A DNA stretch of 40,935 bases from IMG/VR virus record IMGVR_UViG_3300013020_000006, positions 1-40,935 of that record; one strand, given 5' to 3'. Below, piece by piece: positions 17,561 through 27,874 of this stretch. The notes below the pieces were generated by a model. It was not told the DNA's origin and ran no database searches. It worked only from the letters and a program-made list of their open reading frames with translations. The position numbers were made by a program, and so were the translations under genes. Within the stretch, counting starts at the first letter, position 1, and the number at the start of each line of letters is the position of its first letter. The DNA comes from a virus. Taxonomy: Duplodnaviria; Caudoviricetes.

Positions 17561-18463
17561 ATGCCAGATACAAACACTACAAGTTTAAGCGAGGCAGTAT
17601 TGGAAGTCTATTCGAAAGATATTCAGTTTTATGCACAGCCAATTTTACGCTATGCACAGTTTGCAACTAAGAAAACAGAGTTAGGAACAGAGCCAGGTCT
17701 AACTGTAAACTTCACTAAGTACAATTCATTGAATAAGGGAGGTCAGTTAGACGAAGGAAACCCAATGACAACTCAAGGGTTGACAGCAAATCAGACACAA
17801 TTAACTGTTACCGAGTATGGTAATGCAATTAGTGTTTCTGAAAAACTGTTACAGAGTTCTTTTGACGATATTCTATCAAGTGGTGCAAGACTTTTAGGTA
17901 TGGACTATGCAGAAGTTCTTGACGAAATGTTGAGAGACTCAATCATTAATAATCAGACTAGCGTAACATACGCAGGTGGACAGACAGCTAGAGAAAACTT
18001 AGCAGAAGGAGATGTTTTTGACTCTGCACTTCTGAAAGACGCTGTAGAAGTTCTGAAAACTAAGAATGTAAGAAAATATAATGGAGACGCTTATATTTGC
18101 TTTATCCACCCACACCAAGAAAGAGGCTTGAAAGATGACGCTGACTTCAAAAATGCAAATGACTATGGTGGAATTTATGCAGGTGAGTTTGGTAGAATTG
18201 ATGATGTAAGATTTATCACTACTACACAACAGCCTACAGTTGAAGTTGACCCAGATGGTACAGCAAGTAGTGGAGACGAGTTTACAGCTTACCAAGCAGT
18301 TATCTTTGGTGATAATGCTTATGGTTGGGCAGAAGGTCTTCCAGTAGAAATGCGTGATGGTGGAGTAGTCGACTTTGGTAGAGAGCATAAGTTAGCTTGG
18401 TACTCAATTATGGGTTCTGGTCTAATTGAAGAAGAAAACTCTTTAATCTTAGAAACTAGATAA
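17561..18463 (+). CDS. major capsid protein (N4-gp56 family)
   Basis: LDEG..M, TEYGNAI, YICFIHP, GEFGRIDDVRFI, IFGDNAYG, DFGRE..LAWY; 300 aa. Confidence 0.9.
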   Translation: MPDTNTTSLSEAVLEVYSKDIQFYAQPILRYAQFATKKTELGTEPGLTVNFTKYNSLNKGGQLDEGNPMTTQGLTANQTQLTVTEYGNAISVSEKLLQSSFDDILSSGARLLGMDYAEVLDEMLRDSIINNQTSVTYAGGQTARENLAEGDVFDSALLKDAVEVLKTKNVRKYNGDAYICFIHPHQERGLKDDADFKNANDYGGIYAGEFGRIDDVRFITTTQQPTVEVDPDGTASSGDEFTAYQAVIFGDNAYGWAEGLPVEMRDGGVVDFGREHKLAWYSIMGSGLIEEENSLILETR

Positions 18464-18489
18464 TAACACTTAACAGGAGGTAGAATAAA

Positions 18490-18933
18490 ATGGCAGAAAA
18501 TAATAACGAAGTAGTTAAGATTAATTCTGTAGAAGAAGAAAACGAAAAAGATGGGGAAAAGTCCTTTGAAGATATGAATGTCCAAGAGGCAACTAAAGCA
18601 ATAAGAAGAACTGACAGCCGAAGTCAGATTGAAGAATGGCTGGATTTAGAAACTGAGGGTAAACAGCGAGTGACTGTTTTAGAGCCACTACAAGAGAAGT
18701 TGCAGAAACTCGCTAACCCTCAGAATAAAGAGGAAGAAGTAGAAGAAGTGAATATTGCAAAGGTAGAAGAAGTAGAAGTTAAGAGTAAGAATGTGTATAT
18801 CACACCACTTAGAAATATGGACAATGTTTACATTGGGGGTAGTTGGTATAACTTCAAGAAGGGAGTTAAACAGAAAGTACCTCGTAATGTAAAAGAGTGG
18901 CTAGAAGAGAAAGAGCCAATGCTAATTAAGTAG
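18490..18933 (+). CDS. capsid-adjacent hypothetical protein
   Basis: ORF with RBS; position after capsid. Confidence 0.65.
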   Translation: MAENNNEVVKINSVEEENEKDGEKSFEDMNVQEATKAIRRTDSRSQIEEWLDLETEGKQRVTVLEPLQEKLQKLANPQNKEEEVEEVNIAKVEEVEVKSKNVYITPLRNMDNVYIGGSWYNFKKGVKQKVPRNVKEWLEEKEPMLIK

Positions 18934-18944
18934 GTGAAAACTAA

Positions 18945-19367
18945 ATGGATATAAGTGTAGCAGTAATAACTTTAAGGGCAAAACTAAATGACCTAGATAA
19001 AGTAAAGTTCCCAGAAGACTCTACACTAGAAACTGAAATAAAAGAGGTAGTAAAAGAACTAGACTCTGAATATACTGTTGAAACTGTTCCAGAGGAAAAA
19101 GAATATCTAGTTATAAAGAAGGCATTGATTAATAGTCTAAGATTACTTGCAATAAAGTATTCAGAAGGACTAGATATATCCTCCTCTGAAATAGATGTAG
19201 ATAGGACGACTAGAGTTAAAAGAGTTCTTGACCTAGCCTCTAATATTGAAGAAGACTATAATAAGATAGTAAATGACCCTTCTTTTAGGGAGATAAAGGT
19301 TAATGACTTAGATAGATATGTAGCAAGATATGATGAAGAATTAAAAACAGTTTTAGGTGATGGGTAA
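18945..19367 (+). CDS. putative head-tail connector/adaptor
   Basis: LRAKLND..D..L pattern, size and synteny. Confidence 0.6.
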   Translation: MDISVAVITLRAKLNDLDKVKFPEDSTLETEIKEVVKELDSEYTVETVPEEKEYLVIKKALINSLRLLAIKYSEGLDISSSEIDVDRTTRVKRVLDLASNIEEDYNKIVNDPSFREIKVNDLDRYVARYDEELKTVLGDG

Positions 19368-19786
19368 TGACAGATTTAGAGTTAGCTCAAATTGAAAAAG
19401 ATTTAGAGCAGGGTTTTAAGGAACTAGGTACTAAGAGTATAGTTTTAAATGAATACATTGAGTCAGAGAACTCTAGTGATTTATATGGGGAAGAGCAAGG
19501 AAAAAGTTACTCAAATAGTTACACTTTAATAGGTAGAGTAAATTATGAGCCTAAAAATGAAGTACTAACTGATGTTGGAATAGAACAAGATGTAGATACT
19601 ACATTTATAATACCTTCTAAGCAGTTGAGAGATAACGATTTGCTTGATGAGTATAATCACCCAGATATAGACTTAGAAAGTGAAATAAGCTATGCAGGAG
19701 AACAATATAAGATAATTAATATTAATCCTAAGTCACAGGTAGAAGACATTTTCCTTGAATATCTATTTGAATGTAAAAGAAAGTAG
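19367..19786 (+). CDS. putative head closure/stopper protein
   Basis: DLYGE N-terminal motif, I.YAGEQYKI beta pattern, synteny. Confidence 0.6.
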   Translation: MTDLELAQIEKDLEQGFKELGTKSIVLNEYIESENSSDLYGEEQGKSYSNSYTLIGRVNYEPKNEVLTDVGIEQDVDTTFIIPSKQLRDNDLLDEYNHPDIDLESEISYAGEQYKIININPKSQVEDIFLEYLFECKRK

Positions 19787-19795
19787 GTGAGGCAA

Positions 19796-20287
19796 ATGGG
19801 TAAAGGTGGTGCAAGATTAACAGGAGATTGGAAAAATGCAGGAATAGCGTTGGACTGGTTACCTGCTAGTATGAGTGCTATGGCACACGCTAAACTAATG
19901 GAAACAGGAGAACTACTTTTAGACAGAATGGTAGAACACATAGATAAACAGGATTTAAACTGGGAGAGTCTTGCAAGATATACTATTGAGAAAAAAGGTA
20001 ATGATAAAGTCTATGTTGAAACAGGTTGGCTAAGAGATAATCTAGGAGTTAGACGGGTTGCAACAAAGCCAAACAAGAAAAGAATATTTGTAGGGGCATC
20101 ACCATGGAAAACTCATAAGCCTAGTGGAAAGAAGTTCTCTGAGTTAATGATTATGCTTGAATACGGTACAGAAGATACACCTGCTAGACCACTAATGAGA
20201 CCGACATGGGAAGAAATGCAAGACGAGGTAGAAGAAATTTGGTCTGACGCTTTAGACGAATTAATAAGAAAGGGCGTGATTAAATAG
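19796..20287 (+). CDS. neck/tail completion protein (HK97 gp10-like)
   Basis: VETGWLR and LEYGT..TPARPLMRP motifs. Confidence 0.75.
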   Translation: MGKGGARLTGDWKNAGIALDWLPASMSAMAHAKLMETGELLLDRMVEHIDKQDLNWESLARYTIEKKGNDKVYVETGWLRDNLGVRRVATKPNKKRIFVGASPWKTHKPSGKKFSELMIMLEYGTEDTPARPLMRPTWEEMQDEVEEIWSDALDELIRKGVIK

Positions 20288-20820
20288 TGGCTAGTGTATG
20301 GATTGAGCAAGTAGATAGAGGACTAATAGACTTTATAGAGGGAATAGTAGATATAGTAGACTTGACAGTAAGACCAAGACAGACTAATGAAGGTAATTCA
20401 GCAGAATTTCCAGCAGTTACATTTTTCAGCTATGACGAGAAACTTGCTGAATATAGGCAAAAGAGATTTGATGAATTGGGAAGTAAGAATGAGGTAGAAG
20501 GAACAGCACAAATGCTAAGACCTCTAGTACCATACGACCTGTTTTATCAAGTAGACTTTTGGGCAGAGAGTCAATATGAGATTAACGAAATGCTAAGAAA
20601 ATGGGAGGGCAGAGTTGAGAAACATAATCTGTTACCCGTTTTAGATATAGATGGAAATAGTAAAGATATAAAGATGGAGAGAGTAGACTTTGCTAATGCT
20701 GACTACACAAAGAATGGAGAGAAAAGATTTCATAGGACTTTTACTTACAAGATAAAGGTAGAACTTGATGAGAGAGACTCTTATGTAGTTCCATTAGTTA
20801 CAGATGTAGACTTTATCTAA
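20287..20820 (+). CDS. putative tail terminator protein
   Basis: FPAVTFFSYD, PYDLFYQVDFW; directly before sheath. Confidence 0.6.
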   Translation: MASVWIEQVDRGLIDFIEGIVDIVDLTVRPRQTNEGNSAEFPAVTFFSYDEKLAEYRQKRFDELGSKNEVEGTAQMLRPLVPYDLFYQVDFWAESQYEINEMLRKWEGRVEKHNLLPVLDIDGNSKDIKMERVDFANADYTKNGEKRFHRTFTYKIKVELDERDSYVVPLVTDVDFI

Positions 20821-20832
20821 GGAGGACTAAAG

Positions 20833-21057
20833 ATGTTTGAGATTAGAAACCTAGAAAATAGACCATTAATTTATGACCTAGAGGGAGAAGGAAAAGACTC
20901 TTTTAGGTTATTGGTTAATCAGTCTAAGAAGATTAAGGAAAATGAAATCACAGAGAAAATGAGAAAAGACGAGAAAGATGGTTTAATAATGATTAGACAG
21001 AAAGACCTGCCTAAAGCAACAATATTAGATGAAGGGCAGGAAGAAGAGAAAGACTAA
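20833..21057 (+). CDS. small hypothetical protein
   Basis: aaggagg RBS, 74 aa. Confidence 0.7.
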   Translation: MFEIRNLENRPLIYDLEGEGKDSFRLLVNQSKKIKENEITEKMRKDEKDGLIMIRQKDLPKATILDEGQEEEKD

Positions 21058-21078
21058 ACTTTAAAGGAGGTTTATTAA

Positions 21079-22530
21079 ATGCCAGAATATCTGAAACCAG
21101 ATGTATATGTGCAAAGAATGGCTAATTCTGCACCTCCAATTGAGGCTGTTGGTACAGCTACAGCAGGAATGATTGGTGTGTTCAGAAGGGGAACTCCCAA
21201 TGACCCTATGTTCATTACAGGTTGGGAAGATTTCAAAAGACAAACTGCATTAGGATTAGATACACCCTATATTGCAGATAGTGATACTGTGTATGCAGTA
21301 AGACAGTTCTTCAAGAATGGTGGGAATAGACTATTTATAGATAGAATTGTTGGTGATGGTGCAGTTAAAGCGTCAGTAGATATTGGTGATGTTAGTGCTG
21401 TAATGTTTGAGGCATTGTCAGTTGGAGAATGGGGTAATGAAGTAAGTGTAGAAGTTATCTCAAACGAAGACGAGATAACATTATTCGACATTATCATTAG
21501 AGTAGAAGGTGAGCAACAAGAAACCTTTAGAAAGCTGAGTGATACAGCAGAAGACGATAACTATTACATGACTGTTATTAATAGTGAAACTATTGGTAGC
21601 GACTTTGTAAGAGTTACTGATGATACAGGAACACTTACAGTAACGGCAGAGACTACTCTAACTAGTGGAGACTCAGACTTAACTACTCTTACAGATGTAG
21701 ACTATACAGAGGCACTACAAGACTTCAATAAAATTGATGATGTAAACATTTTAGCAGTACCAGGTCAGACAGCAAAGGCAGTACAGCAAGGTCTTTTAGA
21801 TTACTGTGAAAATCGTGGAGATGTGTTTGCAATTGTAGATAGTTCTAGTAACTTAGACCCTACAGGTGCTAAAGAGGAGAAAAATCAGTTGGCAAGTCCT
21901 TATGGTGCGTATTACTATCCATGGCTTAAGGTATTAGACCCACTATCAGCTAGTGGAGGAAAAAGATTAGTACCACCTAGTGGGTTCATAGCAGGAATTT
22001 ATGCTAGAACAGATGTAGATAGAGGAGTTCATAAAACACCTGCTGGACTAGAGGCTAGAGTTATGGGTGCAGTTGAAGTTGAAACTAAACTTGCCTCTGG
22101 GGATATTGAGTTACTCAACCCAGATAATGTAAACTGTATCGTACCGAAGAAAGGTCAAGGAATTGTCGTTTGGGGTGGTAGACTAATCTCAGAACACTTA
22201 GATAGAAAGTATGTGTCTGATATGAGATTTGACATCATGGTAGAAGAGTCTTGCTATGAGCAGACCCAATGGACAATCTTTGAGCCTAATACACCAGAGT
22301 TATGGGGTAGAATTAAATCAGCGTTACATGGTTTCCTATACGGATTATGGGAAGAAGGGGCTTTATTTGGTGAAACACCCGAAGAGGCTTATTATATTAA
22401 GTGTAATGAAGACTTAAACCCACAGGAAATTAGAGATGCTGGTAAGGTTATCGTTGAAGTAGGATACGCTAAAGTCAAACCTGCTGAGTTTACAATTCTA
22501 AGGTTTGCCCAAAAAACTAATGAACAATAA
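21079..22530 (+). CDS. contractile tail sheath protein
   Basis: MPEYLKPDVYV, AYYYPWL, VPPSGFIAGIYARTD..RGVHKTPAG, VWGGR, FEPN, VKPAEF. Confidence 0.95.
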   Translation: MPEYLKPDVYVQRMANSAPPIEAVGTATAGMIGVFRRGTPNDPMFITGWEDFKRQTALGLDTPYIADSDTVYAVRQFFKNGGNRLFIDRIVGDGAVKASVDIGDVSAVMFEALSVGEWGNEVSVEVISNEDEITLFDIIIRVEGEQQETFRKLSDTAEDDNYYMTVINSETIGSDFVRVTDDTGTLTVTAETTLTSGDSDLTTLTDVDYTEALQDFNKIDDVNILAVPGQTAKAVQQGLLDYCENRGDVFAIVDSSSNLDPTGAKEEKNQLASPYGAYYYPWLKVLDPLSASGGKRLVPPSGFIAGIYARTDVDRGVHKTPAGLEARVMGAVEVETKLASGDIELLNPDNVNCIVPKKGQGIVVWGGRLISEHLDRKYVSDMRFDIMVEESCYEQTQWTIFEPNTPELWGRIKSALHGFLYGLWEEGALFGETPEEAYYIKCNEDLNPQEIRDAGKVIVEVGYAKVKPAEFTILRFAQKTNEQ

Positions 22531-22546
22531 GGGAGGGTGAAAATAA

Positions 22547-22975
22547 ATGGCAAGAAGTGCAGAGAATGACCCTCTACAGAAATTTAAGTATAAAGTGAGT
22601 ATCCCGGGCTATCCAGCTGGAATGGGATTTCAAACAGTTGAGGGTTTAAGAAGAGAGTTGGAAACAGTTGAATACAGAGAAGGTGGATATGGACACACTC
22701 ATAAGCTGACAGGTCAAGAGTCAGTAGATACTGTTACTATGGCAAAAGGTGCGTTTGCTAATGAGAACTTAGAAGATTTATATAAGAAGTCATTACAAGA
22801 CCCAGAGCATAGAAAGACTATCACTATTGAGTTGATGGACAAGTATGGTAGTGTTAAGAGAACTTGGAGACTTGCAGAGGCTTGGGTAAAAAGTTGGGAA
22901 GTAGATGGACTAGACGCAGAGTCCTCTGACCCACTTCAAGAGTCAATTGAAATAGAATTTGAGCATTATCTCTAA
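22547..22975 (+). CDS. tail tube protein (T4 gp19-like)
   Basis: DPLQKFKY, GFQTVEGL, EYREGG, W.L..AWV..W. Confidence 0.92.
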   Translation: MARSAENDPLQKFKYKVSIPGYPAGMGFQTVEGLRRELETVEYREGGYGHTHKLTGQESVDTVTMAKGAFANENLEDLYKKSLQDPEHRKTITIELMDKYGSVKRTWRLAEAWVKSWEVDGLDAESSDPLQESIEIEFEHYL

Positions 22976-22985
22976 GAAATAGTTG

Positions 22986-23029
22986 GTCGCTTTAGTAGAA
23001 TAAGTAAAACATAACTAAAGCGACTTTTT
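22986..23029 (+). terminator. intrinsic terminator after tube gene
   Basis: gtcgctttagt / actaaagcgac perfect 11-bp stem then ttttt. Confidence 0.8.
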
Positions 23030-23079
23030 ACTTATAATTAGAAAACAGAATTTAACCTAATAAAACGGAGGGTATAATA

Positions 23080-23868
23080 ATGAAAAATGAAAAAGAATTT
23101 GTAGTTGAGGATAGTAACCATTGTAACTTACTAGCAGGATACAAAGATAAAGATGGACAGGTACACACAAATGTAGAATATGAAGGAATTACTGGTGAGG
23201 TAGAAGAGGAAATCAGTAAGGCAGATGTAAAAAGAAATGGTGGAAGGATAATCAACACACTTTTAGAAAAATGTGTTTATAAAATAGGAGATTACGAAAA
23301 GAGTAAAATGTCTAGTGATGATTGGGCAGAAATAATTAAGGGTTTATATGTAGCAGACCAAGATTGGTTAGTACTGAACATTAGAAAGTACTCAGACCCA
23401 GATAGTGAAATAGAAGTTACTCATCAATGTCCTAATCCTAGATGTCAAGAAGAAAATAGAGTATTCGTTGATATTGACGAATTAGAAATTACAGAATTTA
23501 ATGGGAAACATGAACTTAGTTTTGAATTACCAGTAGGCTTTAAAAAGGAAAAGAAAAATGGAGATGTAGAAATACGAAAAAAAGGAAAACTAAGACTACC
23601 TAAAGGGGAAGATAGAGAAGTACTTGTACCAGTAGCACAGAGAAACTTAGCAAAAGGTAACACTATGATGATGACAAGATGTGTTACTCAACTAGGTGGA
23701 AAACAGGTACATGATGGAATATTTAGAAAGATGATGTCAAGAGATAGAGGACACCTTTTAGATATATTAGAAGAAAATAGTTTTGGAGTAGACTTATCAG
23801 TAGAGACTAGTTGTTCATATTGTGGTAGAAAGTTTGATGTGAACTTGAATGTAGTAAATTTTATATAA
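23080..23868 (+). CDS. tail assembly chaperone / T4 gp26-like hub assembly protein
   Basis: ITGEVEE, LYVADQD, CPNPRC, LRLPKGED, CSYC; between tube and tape measure. Confidence 0.75.
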   Translation: MKNEKEFVVEDSNHCNLLAGYKDKDGQVHTNVEYEGITGEVEEEISKADVKRNGGRIINTLLEKCVYKIGDYEKSKMSSDDWAEIIKGLYVADQDWLVLNIRKYSDPDSEIEVTHQCPNPRCQEENRVFVDIDELEITEFNGKHELSFELPVGFKKEKKNGDVEIRKKGKLRLPKGEDREVLVPVAQRNLAKGNTMMMTRCVTQLGGKQVHDGIFRKMMSRDRGHLLDILEENSFGVDLSVETSCSYCGRKFDVNLNVVNFI

Positions 23869-24059
23869 GCACCTTTTTTGACTACGATATTAAGAGGCTA
23901 TGTAATTATCAAGACTTAGTTACAGATACTCACACTATAGCTTATATTTACCATTGGGATAAGAATACGATATATCAGATGTCAAAGAAGGAAAGAGAAA
24001 TGTGGGTAAAATTAATTAAAGAACAGAAAGATTTTGAGGCAAGTCAAATGGGTAATTAA
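23856..24059 (+). CDS. -1 frameshift extension of the tail chaperone (DUF6760-like)
   Basis: A AAT TTT slippery site; -1 frame reads ...IAYIYHWDKNTIYQMSKKEREMWV...GN*; no start codon ahead of the conserved motif. Confidence 0.75.
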   Translation, partial: KFYISTFFDYDIKRLCNYQDLVTDTHTIAYIYHWDKNTIYQMSKKEREMWVKLIKEQKDFEASQMGN

Positions 24060-24073
24060 GTTTGGAGGGTATT

Positions 24074-27000
24074 ATGGAAAATAAACTTTTTGGAATGGGG
24101 CTAGTAGTAGACTATACAGATAATGCTAGTTCTAAACTGTTACGAACAAATAGAATATTTAACACAACCCATGAGTCTGCCCAACAGCTAACTCAGTCTA
24201 TAGACCAGAACATACAGAGATTTGAAAAACTAGGAATGGTAGGTGCTGGTCTTACTATGGCTGGGTTTGGAATGAAAGCACTAGGTAATCAGATGTTACA
24301 GCCACTTACTCAAGCTAGGGAAGAGGCTAAAAGTTTTGAAAAAGAAATGGCTCAACTTAAGTTTGTATCGGGTGCAGTAGGGGAAGAGTTTGATAAACTA
24401 AGACAGACTGCAATAGAGACAGGAATAGAAACAGCTTTTAGTCCACAAGAGGCAACTAAGGCTATGTACGAATTGAAGTCAGCAGGACTAGATACTAATT
24501 CAATGTTGGAGTCACTAAAAGATACACTAGATATAGTGGCAATTTCAGCAGGTAAGATTGACTTAGGCGAAGGTGCAACATTAATGGCTAGTACATTAAA
24601 GAGTTTTAATTTAGACGCAAGTGAAAGTGCAAGAGTAGCCAGTATGTTTGCAAAAGCAACCCAAGAGTCTAACTTCCACATGGAAGAGTTTTTATCATTT
24701 ATTCGTGGAGTGAAAACAGCACCCTCAATGTTGGGGTCTTCACTAGAAGAAATGTTAGCACTAGGGAGTATGTTTAGAAATGTAGGCTCAACTGCAAGAA
24801 TGTCTGGTGAAGTAATTAATTCTATGGCTAAGAGAATACCTAAAATGTTGAAGTGGATAGAGGAAGACTCAAAAAGAGTAAGTGCTATGGAACAGCTTGG
24901 ATTGACTAAAGAGGCATTAGTAGACGCAGAAGGGAATGTAAAAAGTTTAAGTGATATATTTGGAGTATTGATGGAAAACACAAGAGATATGTCACAGGCA
25001 GATAGGCAACAATATGGACTACAGGTTTTAGGTGCTAGAGGACAACAGATATTAGAAGTAATGAACTTAGCAACTGAGGCTAATATTAGATATGATGAGG
25101 CAACTCAAAAATATATAGCAACTACTAAAGAAGGAAAGAAGACTTATACAGACTTAGTTTCAGCTTACTCAGCTGTAAATGATGAGGCAGAAAGAGGGGC
25201 TGAGGCATTACTGAGTACAACTTGGGGAATTGAAAAACTCTGGGAAGGTACTCAGCAAACATTTAAGATATTATTAGGCTCAACAGTTATGCCTATAGTA
25301 AATAAAGTTACAGGTGCATTGACTAATATGTTGAACTCGGTAATAAGGTTTGGAGAGTCGCACAAATGGTTTATGAAAGCATTAGGTTGGGGAACAGGAC
25401 TAGCAGGACTTTCAGTAGTAGCAACAGGAACAGTACTAATGTTAGTAGGTGCAGTATTAGGACTAGTCGGTGCAGTAGGAGTAGGATATAATCAACTGGC
25501 AAAATTTGCATTGGCACAAGGTTGGGTAACAGCAAGTAGTATGAGTTTAACAGGAGTCTTAGGAGGACTTCAAACAGCAATAGCAGGAACTTTTAGTACA
25601 ATTACAGCAGGAGTTTCTACGATACTGACAACGTTACTGCCTTTCATAGCATTGGCAGGAGGAATGTACTTTGCTTGGAAATATAACTTTGGAAATATAA
25701 AGACGATACTGACAGAGTTTGCAGGAAAAGTAGACTACGCATTTGAGAGAAGTCAGAAGTTGCTAAATATGGACTTTGGACAATTTGCTAGACATTGGGC
25801 TGAACTAGAGAAAGACGATAGTTGGGTAGGCTCATTGACTAGAGGACTAACAAAGGTAAAACTGGCTTGGGAAGGTATAACAGAACTATGGTCTGATGAT
25901 ACAATGGATATGGACTTATACAAAAAACTAGGAATGGCAGATATGCTAACATTTGTTCAGACTATAAATGATTGGAAACATCAAGCACAGGCATTTATTG
26001 AAGGTATTGGTTGGTCATTCATGTTCTGGAGTAGAGTAATAGGAGATACATTAGAGATTTTAGGTAAGCTAATTACACCAGTAATAGATAGTATATGGAC
26101 TTTAGCAACAGGGGCTTTAAAAATGTTGGGCTTTAATACTATGAACTTTGCAGAGGCTAGTAGCAGAATACCACTTGGGATATTTAGAGGACTAGGTGTA
26201 GCAATAGGAACATTAGTAGCATTTAAGTTTGCAACTTGGGTATGGGGTGCAGTTTCAGCAATCGGTGCATTGGGAACTACACTCGTTACAGCAGTCATAC
26301 CTGCAATATGGGGTTTTACCACAGCGTTACTGGCAAACCCGATTACTTGGGTAGTAGCAGGAATAGTCGGATTGGTAGCAACTGTTTGGTGGTTAGCAAA
26401 CAACTGGGATACAGCAACACAGGCAGTAGCAGACGCTTTAAGTTGGTTAGCAGGTTGGATAGAGCCAGTAATGAATACTATGGCAGAATATGCTAGAGCA
26501 GGAATTGAAAATATGATTGGTGCTTTCAGTTGGTTAGGAACAGCAATAAGTGGAACTTGGAATTGGATAAAAGATAAGGCAATGTTTGTATTAGGACTAA
26601 TAGGAGACTTTGTAGAATGGTATGTTGGTGGGTATATTGAGTCTTGGAATTTAATCATAGATGGAATAGGTGCAGTTTGGAACTGGGTAAGAGATAAAGC
26701 AGTAACAGTATTTAGTTTAATAGGAACAGCAGTAGATTGGTATATAGACGCATACCTAGAGTCATTTGAAATAATGAAAAATGCTGTTGGAATAGTTTGG
26801 AACTGGATAAAAGATGTAGCAATACAGGCTTTTGAAGGAATAGGAAGAGTTATAGGAATATACGCAGATATGTACTCACTAGTATTTGAAGTAGTAGGAG
26901 GAGTAATAAAGGGAGTATGGACTGGAGTAGCAGACTTTGTTGGTGGAATATTTGACTGGGTAGGAGAAAAAGTAAATAGCTTAATGGGATTACTACAACC

Positions 27001-27439
27001 TATAGTAGATATGGGAAGTTTTGTAGGAGATAAAGTCTCTGGTGGTTTTAGCGTTGTTAAAAACTGGGTAACTGGTGGAGACGAAGACGAGAAAGCTAAT
27101 GAGCCAGAAAATAACAAAGCTGGTGGCAGAAGTGGAATAATTAATATGGCAGAATGGAGAGAAAAGAACGGCTCTAATGTAGATACAGGAGATAACAGAA
27201 GAGGAAGTAATAATGAAAGTGTAACAAAGAAAGAAAGTACAATGACAAGTATTTCAAATACGAGACAGAACAGAGTACAGAAAGATAACTCAGTTAAAAT
27301 TGAAAGTGGTGCAATTCAGATAACAGCACCAGAGAACGCTAGTCAAGGAGATATAGAACAGATGGCAGAAGAAATACTAAGACAGATTGAGAAGAAAAGA
27401 CAAATGGAAGACCTAAGTAACTATGAAGATGCAATGTAA
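24074..27439 (+). CDS. tape measure protein (TP901-type core)
   Basis: FEKEMA, TAFSPQEA, LLANPITWVVAGI, periodic W/F repeats; ggaggg RBS before ATG 24074. Confidence 0.92.
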   Translation: MENKLFGMGLVVDYTDNASSKLLRTNRIFNTTHESAQQLTQSIDQNIQRFEKLGMVGAGLTMAGFGMKALGNQMLQPLTQAREEAKSFEKEMAQLKFVSGAVGEEFDKLRQTAIETGIETAFSPQEATKAMYELKSAGLDTNSMLESLKDTLDIVAISAGKIDLGEGATLMASTLKSFNLDASESARVASMFAKATQESNFHMEEFLSFIRGVKTAPSMLGSSLEEMLALGSMFRNVGSTARMSGEVINSMAKRIPKMLKWIEEDSKRVSAMEQLGLTKEALVDAEGNVKSLSDIFGVLMENTRDMSQADRQQYGLQVLGARGQQILEVMNLATEANIRYDEATQKYIATTKEGKKTYTDLVSAYSAVNDEAERGAEALLSTTWGIEKLWEGTQQTFKILLGSTVMPIVNKVTGALTNMLNSVIRFGESHKWFMKALGWGTGLAGLSVVATGTVLMLVGAVLGLVGAVGVGYNQLAKFALAQGWVTASSMSLTGVLGGLQTAIAGTFSTITAGVSTILTTLLPFIALAGGMYFAWKYNFGNIKTILTEFAGKVDYAFERSQKLLNMDFGQFARHWAELEKDDSWVGSLTRGLTKVKLAWEGITELWSDDTMDMDLYKKLGMADMLTFVQTINDWKHQAQAFIEGIGWSFMFWSRVIGDTLEILGKLITPVIDSIWTLATGALKMLGFNTMNFAEASSRIPLGIFRGLGVAIGTLVAFKFATWVWGAVSAIGALGTTLVTAVIPAIWGFTTALLANPITWVVAGIVGLVATVWWLANNWDTATQAVADALSWLAGWIEPVMNTMAEYARAGIENMIGAFSWLGTAISGTWNWIKDKAMFVLGLIGDFVEWYVGGYIESWNLIIDGIGAVWNWVRDKAVTVFSLIGTAVDWYIDAYLESFEIMKNAVGIVWNWIKDVAIQAFEGIGRVIGIYADMYSLVFEVVGGVIKGVWTGVADFVGGIFDWVGEKVNSLMGLLQPIVDMGSFVGDKVSGGFSVVKNWVTGGDEDEKANEPENNKAGGRSGIINMAEWREKNGSNVDTGDNRRGSNNESVTKKESTMTSISNTRQNRVQKDNSVKIESGAIQITAPENASQGDIEQMAEEILRQIEKKRQMEDLSNYEDAM

Positions 27440-27453
27440 AGGAGGAGTTGAAA

Positions 27454-27873
27454 ATGGCAAGAGGGGCTAGAAATAAAGGACTAATTAAAAATGTAGATAC
27501 AGGAGAAATAAAGTATTTTGATTATAACCCTTCTGAGTATAATGAGAGTAAAGAAGTAAAATTCAATGAAATAGAAAGTCCAGGTACTTCAACTCCTAAG
27601 TTTGAATATGTAGGAGGAAAGGCTAGGGAGATTAGCTTCCAGCTTTTCTTCCATAGACATGACCCAAAATACATTGAAGACTTTATGGAGTTTATGGAAC
27701 AATTTATACCAGAGAAACACAGCCAGTATGACCCACCACCAAAGGTATTTTTAGCTTATGGAAATGTGGTAGGTAAATACATTATGAAAGGTCTGAATAA
27801 AAGAGTAATAACAGTCAATAAAGACTTAAGACCTATAGAGGCTACGCTAGATGTAGTATTGAAGGAGGTATAA
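27454..27873 (+). CDS. tube initiator (CIS-tube-like) protein
   Basis: FDYNPSEY, PG...P..EY.GG..R.I.F.LFF, PP.V...YG. Confidence 0.75.
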   Translation: MARGARNKGLIKNVDTGEIKYFDYNPSEYNESKEVKFNEIESPGTSTPKFEYVGGKAREISFQLFFHRHDPKYIEDFMEFMEQFIPEKHSQYDPPPKVFLAYGNVVGKYIMKGLNKRVITVNKDLRPIEATLDVVLKEV

Positions 27874-27874
27874 A

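Noticed and set aside
26236-26496. Alternate-frame + ORF inside the tape measure gene
   Set aside because: Fully nested, no clear RBS, atypical composition
25981-27117. 378-aa minus-strand ORF and other minus-strand ORFs (e.g. 16962..17573, 24352..24981)
   Set aside because: Antisense shadows of strongly biased + strand genes; low-complexity S/F/I/L/P/T composition and no recognisable motifs
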